Position numbers and translations under genes: made by a program. Below the pieces are notes generated by a model. It searched no databases and was not told where the DNA came from. It saw only the letters and a list, made by a program, of their open reading frames with translations. From positions 736,001-800,000 of the forward strand of contig CAWGAA010000001.1 in NCBI GenBank assembly GCA_963820525.1: 64,000 bases of DNA, in the 5' to 3' direction. The DNA is from an uncultured Spirochaetota bacterium. GTDB lineage: Bacteria; Spirochaetota; Spirochaetia; SZUA-6; Fen-1364. Below are positions 10,034 to 21,671 of this stretch, in pieces (the stretch's first letter is position 1; each line of letters starts with the position of its first letter).

Positions 10034-11035
10034 CTAGCAGAATGCCATGAAGTCGATGATCATAGCGGGATTCCTGTGAACGACGGATTTCGTCTTGCAG
10101 TCCAAGGATGATAGTGGGGGCATCCGCGATAATCAGTTGTTTCATTCCTATATAAAATCACATTATGCAATTATGCGCAATTACTTAAGACGCTCTGTAT
10201 AATAATTCAATAATATAGGATAAGACGTTTTTCAATTTCATGTTTGCCCATGATGGCGTTGGCATTGCTCTGGAAGGATGGCGGTGTTGTACTACATTGC
10301 CTGCTTGTCTTTAATTTCAATGCATGGCACGTCACCTTGGCTTATTATCACCGATTACATTCTACGGCTCGGATCAAGCTCTTTCAATTGATTCGATAGA
10401 TCTTTTCTGCTTTCCTCAACGCCATCATACTGGATGGAGATAACATGTCGTTGCAGCTGACCGCCCAAGCTACGCGTCGTTACCGTAAACTACGCTCACT
10501 CAAGCATTTGTTTATTCTTATGCGGGGCGGCAGCTGAACTCATCGTTACATCCACGCTAATAATTTCTTTGAGAGAATATTTTGCCTGTTCTGTTTTGAA
10601 TTATTCAAAGCAAATAAAGAATTCTATTTAGCAATCTTGCAGGTTTTACTTTGGTGAATTCCTCTGATACTTTTGCGCGGGCCATGTAAGTTCCCATTGG
10701 AACAGCTCGCGCCCATTAGCTGAAAGGGTATCATCAACTTTTAACATCATTTTCTTTCGCTATGCCCGAATTCTATCATCAATCAATTAACCTTATATTT
10801 TCTTTATATCGTGAAGCTTCTTTGCTGGCCCGCGCATATTGTTCTGTTTCCGCGTAGATGTAACATGCTGTTGGAGTTGTCCGCCTAGGCTACGCGTCGT
10901 TACTGATAGCTACGCGTGTTGAAGTATTTGTACTTAGATGATTCGGGGCGGCAACTCAACAGCGTCGTTACACGGCTCTAAAAAACTATATTTACAGAAG
11001 TATCTCATTCTCTGCAATAAGAGGATTAAGCAAAC

Positions 11036-11761
11036 GTGATCAAACTAGTAACAGAATATAGTGATGTTGGCGATGCTAGAATTGCATATAGACAAAATGG
11101 AACTGGGCCTGTCTTGTTTCTACTACATGGAAACTCCGCTAGCAAGAAAGAGTTTACAAAGTATCAACTAGATTATTTCAAGGACTTCAATACAATCGCT
11201 TTAGACTCTAGAGGACATGGTGAAACTATCTCTACTGATACAGAATATACCTTTGATAAATATAGTGATGACGTTATCGCTTTTTGTGCTAGCAAGCAAA
11301 TCTCTAATGCATATATTATCGGTTATAGTGATGGAGGGAATCTAGCACTGCATCTAGCTAAAAAAGCTCCACACATATTTAAAAAGATTATTGCAATATC
11401 TCCTAACTATTTAGCTGATGGACTTAAAGAAAAGTTTAGTAATAACCTCAAGAAAATTATGAAAGTATTATCATTCCTTAGGCAAATAGGAATTCCAACA
11501 AAAATAATTATGATGCGCTTTGAATTAATGACAAATGATATTGGCTTAACAGAAGACGATTTGAAAGGTATTAATACTAGTGTAAAGATCTTATATGCCG
11601 AAAATGATTTAATTAAGGAACAACATATTATTAAATTAGCATGCTTAATTCCGGAGTCCATTGTGAACAAGATAATGAAGTCAAATCATTTGACAATATT
11701 CTATAAGAAAGAAACTATAGAATGCATTCGAGAATATCTAAAGGCTGAAAGAGCCGTGTAA
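11036..11761 (+). CDS. Alpha/beta fold hydrolase
   Basis: LLHGN, DSRGHG, GYSDGG nucleophile elbow. Confidence 0.92.
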   Translation: MIKLVTEYSDVGDARIAYRQNGTGPVLFLLHGNSASKKEFTKYQLDYFKDFNTIALDSRGHGETISTDTEYTFDKYSDDVIAFCASKQISNAYIIGYSDGGNLALHLAKKAPHIFKKIIAISPNYLADGLKEKFSNNLKKIMKVLSFLRQIGIPTKIIMMRFELMTNDIGLTEDDLKGINTSVKILYAENDLIKEQHIIKLACLIPESIVNKIMKSNHLTIFYKKETIECIREYLKAERAV

Positions 11762-12470
11762 CATGCTGTTGGAGTTGACCGCCTAGGCTACGCTTCGTCA
11801 CTGATAGCTACGCTCATTGGAGCCTTTGTACTTGGATGATTCGGGGCGGCAACTCAACAGCGTCGTTACATCCACGCTAATAATTTCTTTGAGAGAATAT
11901 TTTGCCTATTCTGTTTTGAATTATTCAAAGCAAATAAAGAATTCGATTTAGCAATCTTGCAGGTTTTACTTTGTTGAATTCCTCTGATACTTTTGCGCGG
12001 GCCATGTAAGTTCCCATTGGAACAGCTTGCGCCCATTAGCTGAAAGGGCATCATCAACTTTTAACATCATTTTCTTTCGCTATGCCCGAATTCTATCATC
12101 AATCAACTAACCTTATATTTTCTTCATATCGTGAAGCTTCTTTGCTGGCCCGCGCATATTGTTCTGTTTCCGCGTAGATGTAACATGCGGTTGGAGCAGA
12201 CCGCTTGGACTACGCGTCGTTACTGATTGCTACGCAAGTTAAAGTAATTGTACCTGTATGATACGGCGCGGCTGCTCAACCGCGTCGTTAGACGCTTAAA
12301 AGTAAAGGCGCCAAGTATCAGCAGACCGGACAGGTAGTTTCTTTTCAGCGGACGAATTGGCTCGCTAAGATTCCGATCATCCGAGGCTTTAGCTTATGAT
12401 GCCTGAGTAGAGGGCATAGCCTTATGGCTGAACTATGGATTGAGGAACGTTTTTGGCGTAGGATCCAACC

Positions 12471-12941
12471 ATGAGCCGAAAGCAATCAAACACGCAGTAC
12501 CTACTGAAGGTAAACCTGAAAGGGGCAAAAAGGATCTGGCGTTTAATAGCCCTGCGAGGTGACCAGACTCTTAATGATCTGCACGAAACGATTTATAGCG
12601 CATTCGACCGGGACGATGAACACCTATATTCGTTTTACTTTCCAAAGGCATTAACTGGCAGGGAAAGACATACATTTAGATCAAAGGAATATACGTCTCC
12701 AATTGCGCTACAGGAACCAAATCCACTTTCGGATGAGAGGCCATTTAACGCGGCTCGTACAAGGCTTGATGATTTACATCTCCACGTAGGGCAAACATTC
12801 GAATACCTATTTGATTTTGGAGATATGTGGTGGCACGAACTAAAGATTGTTGCCATAAAACCCGTGGAAACTAATGAGAATCTGCCAAAGGTATTAGAGA
12901 GTCATGGCGACTCCCCACAACAATATCCCTCTAACGAATAG
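12471..12941 (+). CDS. Plasmid pRiA4b ORF-3 family protein
   Basis: IWRLI...TLNDLHETI...HLYSF...YLFDFGDMWWH motifs. Confidence 0.88.
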   Translation: MSRKQSNTQYLLKVNLKGAKRIWRLIALRGDQTLNDLHETIYSAFDRDDEHLYSFYFPKALTGRERHTFRSKEYTSPIALQEPNPLSDERPFNAARTRLDDLHLHVGQTFEYLFDFGDMWWHELKIVAIKPVETNENLPKVLESHGDSPQQYPSNE

Positions 12942-13678
12942 TGATGCCGAAAGAAAGGAGAAAGTTACTATAGTGCATTCTTGCCACATTATTTCCGAGT
13001 TAAAGTAAATAATATATTATTATTAGAAGCTATTACTAGGAATAGAAATTAAAGTTACGCGTCTAACATGCTGTTGGAGTTGACCCCTTAGCCTACGTTT
13101 GTAAAGTGCAGCATATGTTGCTAAACCGCCGCTACCCTGCTTCGGGCGGCGGGGCAACTCAACAGCGTCGTTATCTCCATCTCAATTTATCTTGATTAGA
13201 AATGAAGTAAAGAATTATTAATTCAATGATCTTTGATAAGACGTTTTTCAATAGCTTGTTTGCACATGATGGCGTTGGCATTGCTCTGGAAGGATGGCGG
13301 TGTTGTACTACATTGGTTGCTTGTTTTTAGTTTCAATGTATGGCACGTCACCTTGGCTTATTGTCACCGATTACATTCAACGGCTCGTATCAAGCTCTTT
13401 CAATTGATTCGATAGATCTCTTCTGCTTTCCTCAACGCCATCATACTGGATGGACATAACATGCGGTTGGAGTTGTCCGCCTAGGTTACGCGTCGTTACC
13501 GATTGTTACGCTTGCTATGGTTCCTTCGGTTGCTGATTCGGGGCGGCAACTCAACCGCGTCGTTATAGCTCATAAGAATGGTGGAGAGTTATTCTGTTGC
13601 TGTTCGATTCTTTAGCTTGACAAGTTGTATCAAATGGTAAAGGGTTGCTCCCATAATAATCCTTATTGGAGGCTCAAA

Positions 13679-14248
13679 GTGAAACTGGCTCTATATGCAT
13701 TAATCTTTTCTATAGTCACTCTTGAAGGTTGTATTTCATTTCGCAATGGTGACATGTCTCAGGCGGAAAGCCAAGAAAATGTTACTTATCAAAAGAAAAG
13801 CTGCAATTATGAACTTGTATTAGACTATCCTTCCGATACCGGTGCCTTATCGAAGAATGAAATAATCAAACTCACAAATTCCCTTCTTATACATTCTGGA
13901 TACTTCTCCAATGTTAAGGAATCTAAGGACCCGGCTGATCTCAATCTAATAATAAGAATAAATGTAATGCTTTCAAGAAGTGCGGTCAGTCTTTCTGCGA
14001 TAATATCCGGCGCAACCCTCGGACTTATTCCATCTTGGTTTTCTCAAGATATTGAGGTTTATATAGATGCTAATAATGCAGCAATAAATAAGAAGTCGTA
14101 TATTTATAGGGAACGTGCAACAACCGTAGCATGGCTGCCCTTTTTAATCGTTTCTCCCTTTTTTACTGTTGAAAATATGCGCAACGAACTCATTAAAAAT
14201 ATGTTCAATCATCTAATAATTGATATGAAAGGGGATAATATATTATAA
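13679..14248 (+). CDS. Putative lipoprotein
   Basis: GGAGG RBS then GTG 13679; lipobox-like LEGC; SGATLGLIP motif. Confidence 0.75.
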   Translation: MKLALYALIFSIVTLEGCISFRNGDMSQAESQENVTYQKKSCNYELVLDYPSDTGALSKNEIIKLTNSLLIHSGYFSNVKESKDPADLNLIIRINVMLSRSAVSLSAIISGATLGLIPSWFSQDIEVYIDANNAAINKKSYIYRERATTVAWLPFLIVSPFFTVENMRNELIKNMFNHLIIDMKGDNIL

Positions 14249-14619
14249 CCCTGCCGGGGACTATTGCCTTGCTTGCTCTTTGATTTTGCTATAAGAAACT
14301 ACATATAGGTCAATATTAAAATATGAGCTATAACAAGTCGTTGCAGCTGACCGCCTAGGCGACGCGTCATTACCAAATAGTTACGCGTGCTCATGTATTT
14401 GTTCTTTCTTGATTCGGGGCGGCAGCTGAACTCCATGTTATCTCTCTCAAAGATCTTCTAATAGATAGGCCTTATTGATACTTTTAGCTGCATCTTGCGA
14501 ATTCTATATATCTGAGATATCCTAGCCACGCCTTCTGGGATTTCTTTTCAAACTGTCAGATGTAGGGCTGACGATTACGCTCAAACTGTTGGATTTGTAG
14601 GCCAACTGTAAACCACCAA

Positions 14620-15171
14620 ATGGAGCATGATATGGATTTCTCCAAAGTAGCCACGCCCGAAAAGGGCAATTTTCTAATCGCGTTCATAGATATCCAAAAT
14701 TTCTTGGTCATTTCAAAAGCGCTGCCAGATCCAGTACAGCTATTTGAGCTCTTAAACTCTTGGGCCAATGTCATCATCAAGGAAATTGATAAGACTCCAG
14801 GCCGAGTACTTAAGTTTATCGGTGACGCATGTCTTATCATTTTTCCAGATGATTCAGTTGATTTAGGAGTACTGTCTTTGCTATCAATAAAGGATCAAGC
14901 CGAGAAGCACTTAAAAAACAATGGTTTTCACAACAAAATACGTATTACAGCTCACTTCGGAGAAGCTGCCATAGGTCAATTTGGCACTGGACTCACAAAA
15001 ATAATAGATATAATCGGAGATACAGTGAATGTAGCTGCTTCCTTGTCGCGAGGGGATCATCGCGGCAGGCTCATTATCTCACCACAGGTTTTCCGAAAGT
15101 TGGCTGCATCAACAAGGAAGTTATTCCACAAGTACACACCGCCTGTTGTGTACTTAGCTCTAGAGAATTGA
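14620..15171 (+). CDS. Stand-alone class III nucleotide (adenylate/guanylate) cyclase domain protein
   Basis: FIDIQNF, KFIGDA, IGDTVNVAASL motifs. Confidence 0.88.
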   Translation: MEHDMDFSKVATPEKGNFLIAFIDIQNFLVISKALPDPVQLFELLNSWANVIIKEIDKTPGRVLKFIGDACLIIFPDDSVDLGVLSLLSIKDQAEKHLKNNGFHNKIRITAHFGEAAIGQFGTGLTKIIDIIGDTVNVAASLSRGDHRGRLIISPQVFRKLAASTRKLFHKYTPPVVYLALEN

Positions 15172-15486
15172 TTTTACTGTAATCCCCAAGGCTAGCAATA
15201 GAAATAAAGCAAAGGCTAATCATCGAATTAGAAGGAATGAGTGAAATGCCATTTTTTAAAACTGGAGAGAGATAACAAGTCGTTGCAGCTGACCGCCCAG
15301 GCTTCGTTTCGTTACAGATAACTACGCGTGTTTGAAGTTTTTGTTCTTTCATGATTCGGGGCGGCAGCTGAACTCCATGTTAAACGGCCATAGAAGGTTT
15401 CACATAGCGGATGTACACAAACATCAGTTGCAATAGAGATTGAGCTCTGAGAAGTAAAGTCACTATACCGTCAGAAAAGGGGAAGG

Positions 15487-16236
15487 GTGATGAGCATTAC
15501 GGATCAAATACAATTTGGTAGGAATGTGTTGAGGCCTATTTGGAAAGATATTGACTTTAATCATACAGATCAGGCAATGGGTATTCCTGTTCCGGAAAAG
15601 GTAAAGCCGGCACAAGATTGTGCGCTAAAAATCGACCTCGTGCCTAAGGAAAAGTGGGTTTATGGCAACATATCAATGCTTCAGGCCATTCTCCAACGTG
15701 AGAGTAGAAGGCATTACTCTTCAGATTCACTGAGTCTAGATGAATTGTCGTTATTACTTTATTGCACTCAAGGAATCCGCCGAATAGCCGAGAAGGGAAG
15801 CTTTCGCACAGTGCCCTCAGCAGGTGCACGTCATAGCTTTGAAACCTATCTGTATATTGACAGGGTGCAAAATGTTGGAAAGGGTTTATATAGATATTTG
15901 CCAGATCAAAATAAAATCTGCCTTCATGAAAACTACAGACCAAATATGGAAAATGAATTAAATCAGGCCATGCAGGAGCAATTGTACAGTGCGGCTATAT
16001 GCTTCATTTGGACGGCCATCCCATATAGAATGGAGTGGCGTTATTCGACAGCATCGGCTAAGCTTATAGCAATTGATGTTGGGCATGTATGCGAGAATCT
16101 CTATCTTGCATGTGAAACAATTAAGGCTGGTACATGCGCCATCGGGGCATATGAGCAAGCCGAAATCGACAGATTTTTAGGAATAGACGGATTTGATGAG
16201 TTTGTAATCTATATGGCTACAGTTGGTAAACTGTAA
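15487..16236 (+). CDS. SagB/ThcOx-type nitroreductase family protein
   Basis: RESRRHY, RTVPSAGARHSFETY, DVGHVCENLYL, GTCAIGAY. Confidence 0.92.
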   Translation: MMSITDQIQFGRNVLRPIWKDIDFNHTDQAMGIPVPEKVKPAQDCALKIDLVPKEKWVYGNISMLQAILQRESRRHYSSDSLSLDELSLLLYCTQGIRRIAEKGSFRTVPSAGARHSFETYLYIDRVQNVGKGLYRYLPDQNKICLHENYRPNMENELNQAMQEQLYSAAICFIWTAIPYRMEWRYSTASAKLIAIDVGHVCENLYLACETIKAGTCAIGAYEQAEIDRFLGIDGFDEFVIYMATVGKL

Positions 16237-16442
16237 TAATAGGGCAACTAAGCGTTTAATTAATATTAAGGATGGCCGCTTAACATGCTGTTGGAGTTGA
16301 CCCCTTAAGTTACGTCCTGAAAGTGCGACATACGCTCGCTAAACCTTCACTACCCTGCTTCGGGCGGCGGGGCAACTCAACAGCGTCGTTATGCGTGGCT
16401 AGGAGGACGGTCTCTATCCGTTGTTGATAGGAAAAGCAGTCA

Positions 16443-17276
16443 ATGACTCGCGAAGAGATTCTTGACTTGGACGACTTCATCATGTCAGAGAAGTTGCCTT
16501 CTCCGCTCGTGCAGCTGCATAGAGGGGCTATCGGCTGCCCATTCAAGAAGACTATGGCTGCATTGGTATCCCTGAGCGATGCAGCTTCATTCTTAAAGAC
16601 TGGTGTTTTCACCAGCACGGACAATGAGGATCCGTATAGCGCGGGCATCCTTGTACGGTCCATCATTGAGCACTTTCTCCTGCATAGTCTGGTCTTTTTT
16701 CAGTTCATTGAACGCAGAAATGATACTCCTGGCGAAGACTTTGCTGCACTTGCAGACATCAAGGAAACGATTGAGTTCTCAAGGGCTTTGGGCAAAAGCC
16801 TAAAGATGTTTAGGGGGATAGAACAGCCAAAGAACCTAAAGGAAGCTGTATTCAAGCAATACCCGAAATATGAGTCACTCACCACAAAGGAATTCGAGCA
16901 AAAAGCCGCGGAATACTCGGTCACCAATATGATTAGATTCCTTTGGTCCTTCCTCAAGACGGATGATGCTGCACCTAAGCTAGTTGAGTCTCTTCCCCTA
17001 GACTATTCGGACTTGTCGTTGAGGGTACACGGAGGGCCATATGCAAGTAAGCTCATGCTTTGGTGGTCTACACACGAACAGGAGAAACAAGCTGAGCTTC
17101 AGGCTCTATGCATGAAGGCATTCTTTTTCTCTACCACTATGGTAATGCAAACCTTTATCGCGGCAAGTCAATATGACGGCGCTTTTGAACCCGTCATAGC
17201 TGGACTGAAGGGCATATTGCAGAACGTCACGATCGAAACTCCTGAGCAGAATCAATCAAAACCGGGCCACGCATAA
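16443..17276 (+). CDS. Hypothetical helical protein (DUF5677/HEPN-like)
   Basis: AGILVRSIIEH and YSDLSLRVHG motifs; stop in R''. Confidence 0.65.
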   Translation: MTREEILDLDDFIMSEKLPSPLVQLHRGAIGCPFKKTMAALVSLSDAASFLKTGVFTSTDNEDPYSAGILVRSIIEHFLLHSLVFFQFIERRNDTPGEDFAALADIKETIEFSRALGKSLKMFRGIEQPKNLKEAVFKQYPKYESLTTKEFEQKAAEYSVTNMIRFLWSFLKTDDAAPKLVESLPLDYSDLSLRVHGGPYASKLMLWWSTHEQEKQAELQALCMKAFFFSTTMVMQTFIAASQYDGAFEPVIAGLKGILQNVTIETPEQNQSKPGHA

Positions 17277-17575
17277 CAAGTCGTTGAAGCCGACCCCTTA
17301 AGTTGCGCACGGAAAGTGGGGCGTAAGCTCCGTATAAGCCATCACGGCTGTGATGATGCGGCGGGGCGGCTTAACTCCATGTTATCTCCATCTAAAATTA
17401 TGCTTATTATACAGAGCGTCTTAAGTAATTGCGCATAATTGCATAATGTGATTTTATATAGGAATGAAACAACTGATTATCGCGGATGCCCCCACTATCA
17501 TCCTTGGACTGCAAGACGAAATCCGTCGTTCACAGGAATCCCGCTATGATCATCGACTTCATGGCATTCTGCTAG

Positions 17576-19303
17576 CCCGGATTTCTCATACCCCTCACCG
17601 GTTTTAGCCGGTTTGCGATAGAAACGGGTAAATATTCTTGTTACCAGAGAAACGTCTATTTACCGAAGCAAAAAGCCCGGCAGAATCCCTGGCGAATGTG
17701 CGCTTTCCGCCTGATACGCCTCCTGCCAGGCAGTTTTCATATTTCCAGGACAGACCTCTGCCTTGGCATTGCAAGCGGTACCCTCCTGTTCCTTCAGTTC
17801 AATAACGGAGGCGAGGCTTGAAGTGCGCGATATGCCGTCAGAAAAAGTTCTCGATACGGATATCCTGTCGACATACTTATAAGCACACGGCGAACACTCA
17901 CTCTCACCAGGGCGCCTATCTTGAAAAGCTTTAACCGGATCGTCTGGCAGGTCGCGTTGGCAAGTTCCGTGCCGCGCAAAGCACGTCGACGGAACTCACT
18001 CATCAGCACATATCCAACGGCAGAGAACCAAAGTCGAAGCTGGTTCGCCTTCATCAGCGAGCATGAGCTACGGTCCGCGAAAAGGTAGAGCTGCTGCTCC
18101 TTGATGCGGTTTTCCATCTCGCCGCGAGCACAATAGACATCCTCGTAGAGCTCCCCGGGATCATGGAGTCAGCCGGGAGATTGGTCACTATAAAACGCGG
18201 ATTCTCCTTGCCCTCGGTGTACTCCGCTTTGGCCACAATCCGTCGGGTACGGCTCCAGGTCTTTCGGGTACGATACCCGAAACTGCTGAAGCGGCGAGCC
18301 GGCTTTCCCGTGCGTACGTGCTCCACACAAGCCAGTCGAAGCTGTTTCTTGATCCGCTGGACAAGTCGCGTATTTCTCGCCAGGCCAATGACATAGAAAA
18401 GGCCATGCTTCTCGCACCAGCTCATCAGCTCATCCCGGCAGAAGCCACTGTCCCCACGGATGATGATTCGAACCTGCTTCCACCGCGAGCGGATCATGCC
18501 CACGATACGTTCCAGCTCCTTCGTCACTCCCTTGGCAGGGTCCACGTCAGCCGTGCGCAGCTTCGCGCACAACAGGTAATCCCCGCAGAAGATGTACAGC
18601 GGCAGATAGCAGTAGCAATCGTAGTGTCCATGGAAGAACCGCCCCTCCTGCTTGCCGTGAAGCTCGTTGTTCGTCACATCCAGGTCCAGCACGATTTGCT
18701 TGGGTCGCCCCGGGTAGCTTTTCAGGAAGGACTTCACGAAGAACTTCTCGATCATTGTCTCATCGCTAACGATCTTTTTCGCCCCTGTGATCTTCCAAAA
18801 CCCCTCACAGGTTTCAAGCCGGTTGAGCGTGCTTTTCCCCGCACATGCCTTGCCCTTGTCCCTGGCATGACTTCTATCCTGCCCGCTGGGATCGGCCTTG
18901 CCGCAAAGGGTGGCGAAAAGCGGATCGTGGCGCAGCATGTCCTGATCGTTGGTGTCCTCATAGCCCAGGCACAACCCGATCACCTTCTGGCTCACCAACT
19001 CCCGCACGCTGTGCTCGACGAACCGCTGATTACGGAAATCACAGAAACAGTCTGCGAACTGACGCAAATAGTCCGTTGTCAGTGCGACTTCACGAAGGAG
19101 TAGTGCCCCTGCATCCGAACTGATCATTCCGCCGTCGAAGCTTGTGATGACTTTTCTGTCCCCGAGGTCTTGAAATCCGAAGAGGTTTGGAATACAGTCT
19201 GTTTGCATCTTGAAGCCTTTCTGTTCTGGTGTATTTTGTTGTTTGCAAAGCAATTATACCAGGGCGAAAGGCTTTTTAATAGTAGGAGTATGAGAAATCC
19301 GGG
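17576..19303 (-). mobile_element. IS1380-family element (type 1, copy 2)
   Basis: IRs CCCGGATTTCTCATAC; CTAG duplication at 17572-75 and 19304-07. Confidence 0.93.
17794..19253 (-). pseudogene. IS1380 transposase with 1-bp deletion frameshift near 18168
   Basis: GCTGAGCTCC in copy 1 vs GCTGACTCC here; split into 399 aa and 107 aa ORFs (could be a sequencing error). Confidence 0.85.
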
Positions 19304-19698
19304 CTAGTAGCCCAGGGAATGAGCTGTATTGAGGTTGCGCATTTTCTTGGCGATGCACCCCGAACCGTGCAGTATTGGATTCGCCGCTTCGAGGCGGAGG
19401 GACTCGCGGGCATTGTTGAAGGCGACCGAACTGGACGACCCACACGCCTCAAACCTGAGCAAATACAAGAAGTAAGCCGCGCTCTTCGACAATCACCAAC
19501 TGCTGCTGGATTGTCTGGTAACCTATGGGATGGAAAGACACTCTCCGCCTTCATTGTACAGCGCTATAAAGTCAGATTGGGTGTACGTCAATGTCAACGC
19601 GTCTTTCGACAACTCAACTTCCGACTACGCAAGCCTCGCCCAATAATTGCGCGAGCCGATCCGGCTCGCCAGACCGATTATAAAAAAAACTCAAGGCG

Positions 19699-20241
19699 TT
19701 GATGCTGGATGAAGAGATAGATTTGTGGGCGACGGATGAGGTACACTTTCAGCAGTACGGCTCACGATGCCGAATGTGGGTTCCACCCGAAGTCAAAGAT
19801 CCGGTACTGTTACATTATCCCGGGCGAAAGAGCGTGGGATACTTCGGTGCCGTTCGTCTGCGCGACGGCAAATTCTTCTTCAAACGCGAAGAGGATAGTT
19901 TCGACGCGAATACATTCTTCGTGTTCATGAAGCAATTGCGCTTCAGAACTTCAAAGAGTCAAAGGCGCATCGTCGTGATCACTGATAATGCTAGATACCA
20001 CCATGCAAAGCTCCACAAGCAGTGGCGCGAGGAGCACAGTGCATCTTTCATACTCGATTATCTGCCGCCGTATAGTCCCGATCTGAACCCAATCGAAAGG
20101 ATGTGGAAGCTCACCAGACGGCTCTGTCTGCATAACAGATACTTCCCTACTATGAGCGATGTCACGTCCGCGGTTGAAGACCGCTTCGCTCAGTGGGAGG
20201 CTCCAAATGAAACATTACGTCGTCTATGCGCAATTACTTAG
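19699..20241 (+). CDS. IS630 transposase DDE part (orfB)
   Basis: Protein identical to 7367-7909. Confidence 0.9.
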   Translation: MMLDEEIDLWATDEVHFQQYGSRCRMWVPPEVKDPVLLHYPGRKSVGYFGAVRLRDGKFFFKREEDSFDANTFFVFMKQLRFRTSKSQRRIVVITDNARYHHAKLHKQWREEHSASFILDYLPPYSPDLNPIERMWKLTRRLCLHNRYFPTMSDVTSAVEDRFAQWEAPNETLRRLCAIT

Positions 20242-21111
20242 GACGCTATGTATAGCAATGAAACAATGAATTAATAATTCAATAATATAGGATAAGACGT
20301 TTTTCAATTTCATGTTTGCCCATGATGGCGTTGGCATTGCTCTGGAAGGATGGCGGTGTTGTACTACATTGCCTGCTTGTCTTTAATTTCAATGCATGGC
20401 ACGTCACCTTGGCTTATTATCACCGATTACATTCTACGGCTCGGATCAAGCTCTTTCAATTGATTCGATAGATCTTTTCTGCTTTCCTCAACGCCATCAT
20501 ACTGGATGGAGATAACATGTCGTTGCAGCTGACCGCCCAAGCTACGCGTCGTTACCGTAAACTACGCTCACTCAAGCATTTGTTTATTCTTATGCGGGGC
20601 GGCAGCTGAACTCATCGTTATCTCCATCTAGATTTATATTGATTAGCAAATAAGCAACGAATTATCAATTCAAGAATATTTGATAAGACGTTTTTCAATA
20701 TTTTGCTTTCCCATGATGGCGTTGGCATTGGGCGGGAAGGATGGCGGTGTTGTACTAGTTTGCCTGCTTGTTTTTAGGTTCAACACACTGCGCGTCACCT
20801 TGGCTTATTGTCACCGATTACACTATTGGGCTCGGATCAAGCTCCTTTAATTGATTCGATTGCTCTTTTTCTGCTTTCCTCAACGCCATCATACCGGATG
20901 GAGATAACATGTCGTTGCAGCTGACCGCCCAAGCTACGCGCCGTTATTCGAAACTACGCGCGCTCAGGTATTTCCTCTTTTTGAGGCGGGGCGGCAGCTG
21001 AACTCCTTGTTATCCCGCTTCGGACATAAAATACTTCGGTATTTTATGGCATGCAATTGCATTTCTCAAATAGAACAATCCTTGTCCAGATTGAAAGACA
21101 TCGAAACTACC

Positions 21112-21438
21112 TTACTCTATTCCCAAAGCAATTGCTAAAGCTTTGTCCAGTTCCCAAACCTTACCTGGGTTGAGACGGCCAACGAAATCCGTTAAAGCTG
21201 ATTTCGGAATACTGATCAACTCATCACAGTGAATCGAACTCGCATGTTTGAGACCAACCTCAATCCCAATAGGAACCTGTGTAGACAAGCCATCATAGGA
21301 GGTGTAGATCGGGGCGCATGTTACAGAAGAAAACTGGGAATCAATCAGAACTTGACGACTGACAATTACGAAAACACGAGAACGGCGTGGATCGTTACGA
21401 TTCCCCTTATAGACCCGATAAAGCTCCGCTCTCTTCAA
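21112..21438 (-). CDS. mazF: MazF/PemK family toxin
   Basis: MKRAELYRV...RVFVIVSR...VTCAPI...[13 protein letters not shown]; cassette genes in reverse orientation. Confidence 0.88.
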   Translation of the reverse strand: MKRAELYRVYKGNRNDPRRSRVFVIVSRQVLIDSQFSSVTCAPIYTSYDGLSTQVPIGIEVGLKHASSIHCDELISIPKSALTDFVGRLNPGKVWELDKALAIALGIE

Positions 21439-21671
21439 CCTCGGAACTCCACCTGGTACCCGAGTACATCCTCTGCCTCTTTATTCAGTTTCGCAGACAG
21501 TTTGTTGATCGTCTGGAGATCCGTATTGTCCCTCTTTCTTCTCTTGAGTATTTCAAGGTACGTCCGAACAGCTAACTCTATGAAGGCAGAACGGTTGTTC
21601 TCACCTTCTGAATGCTGATCGATCAAAGCGATAATATTCTTAGAAAGCGTAACGGATGTCTTTACCTTCAT
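21435..21671 (-). CDS. Ribbon-helix-helix antitoxin (MazE-like)
   Basis: [10 protein letters not shown]...[10 protein letters not shown]; 4-bp overlap with the toxin start. Confidence 0.82.
   Translation of the reverse strand: MKVKTSVTLSKNIIALIDQHSEGENNRSAFIELAVRTYLEILKRRKRDNTDLQTINKLSAKLNKEAEDVLGYQVEFRG

Larger units (their letters stand above)
7906..10145 (-). pseudogene. IS630 transposase HTH part (orfA) disrupted by IS1380
   Basis: N-terminus MKQLIIAD at 10145, remainder 7906-8300; intact version at 24413-24919. Confidence 0.88.
7356..10199 (-). mobile_element. IS630-family element interrupted by a nested IS1380
   Basis: IRs TACATAGCGTCCTAAGTAATTGCGCATA / TATGCGCAATTACTTAAGACGCTCTGTA; TA duplication at 7354-55 and 10200-01; orfA split. 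Confidence 0.93.
17410..20252 (+). mobile_element. IS630::IS1380 nested composite, second copy, opposite orientation
   Basis: Same IRs; TA duplication at 17408-09 and 20253-54; same CTAG nesting site. Confidence 0.93.
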
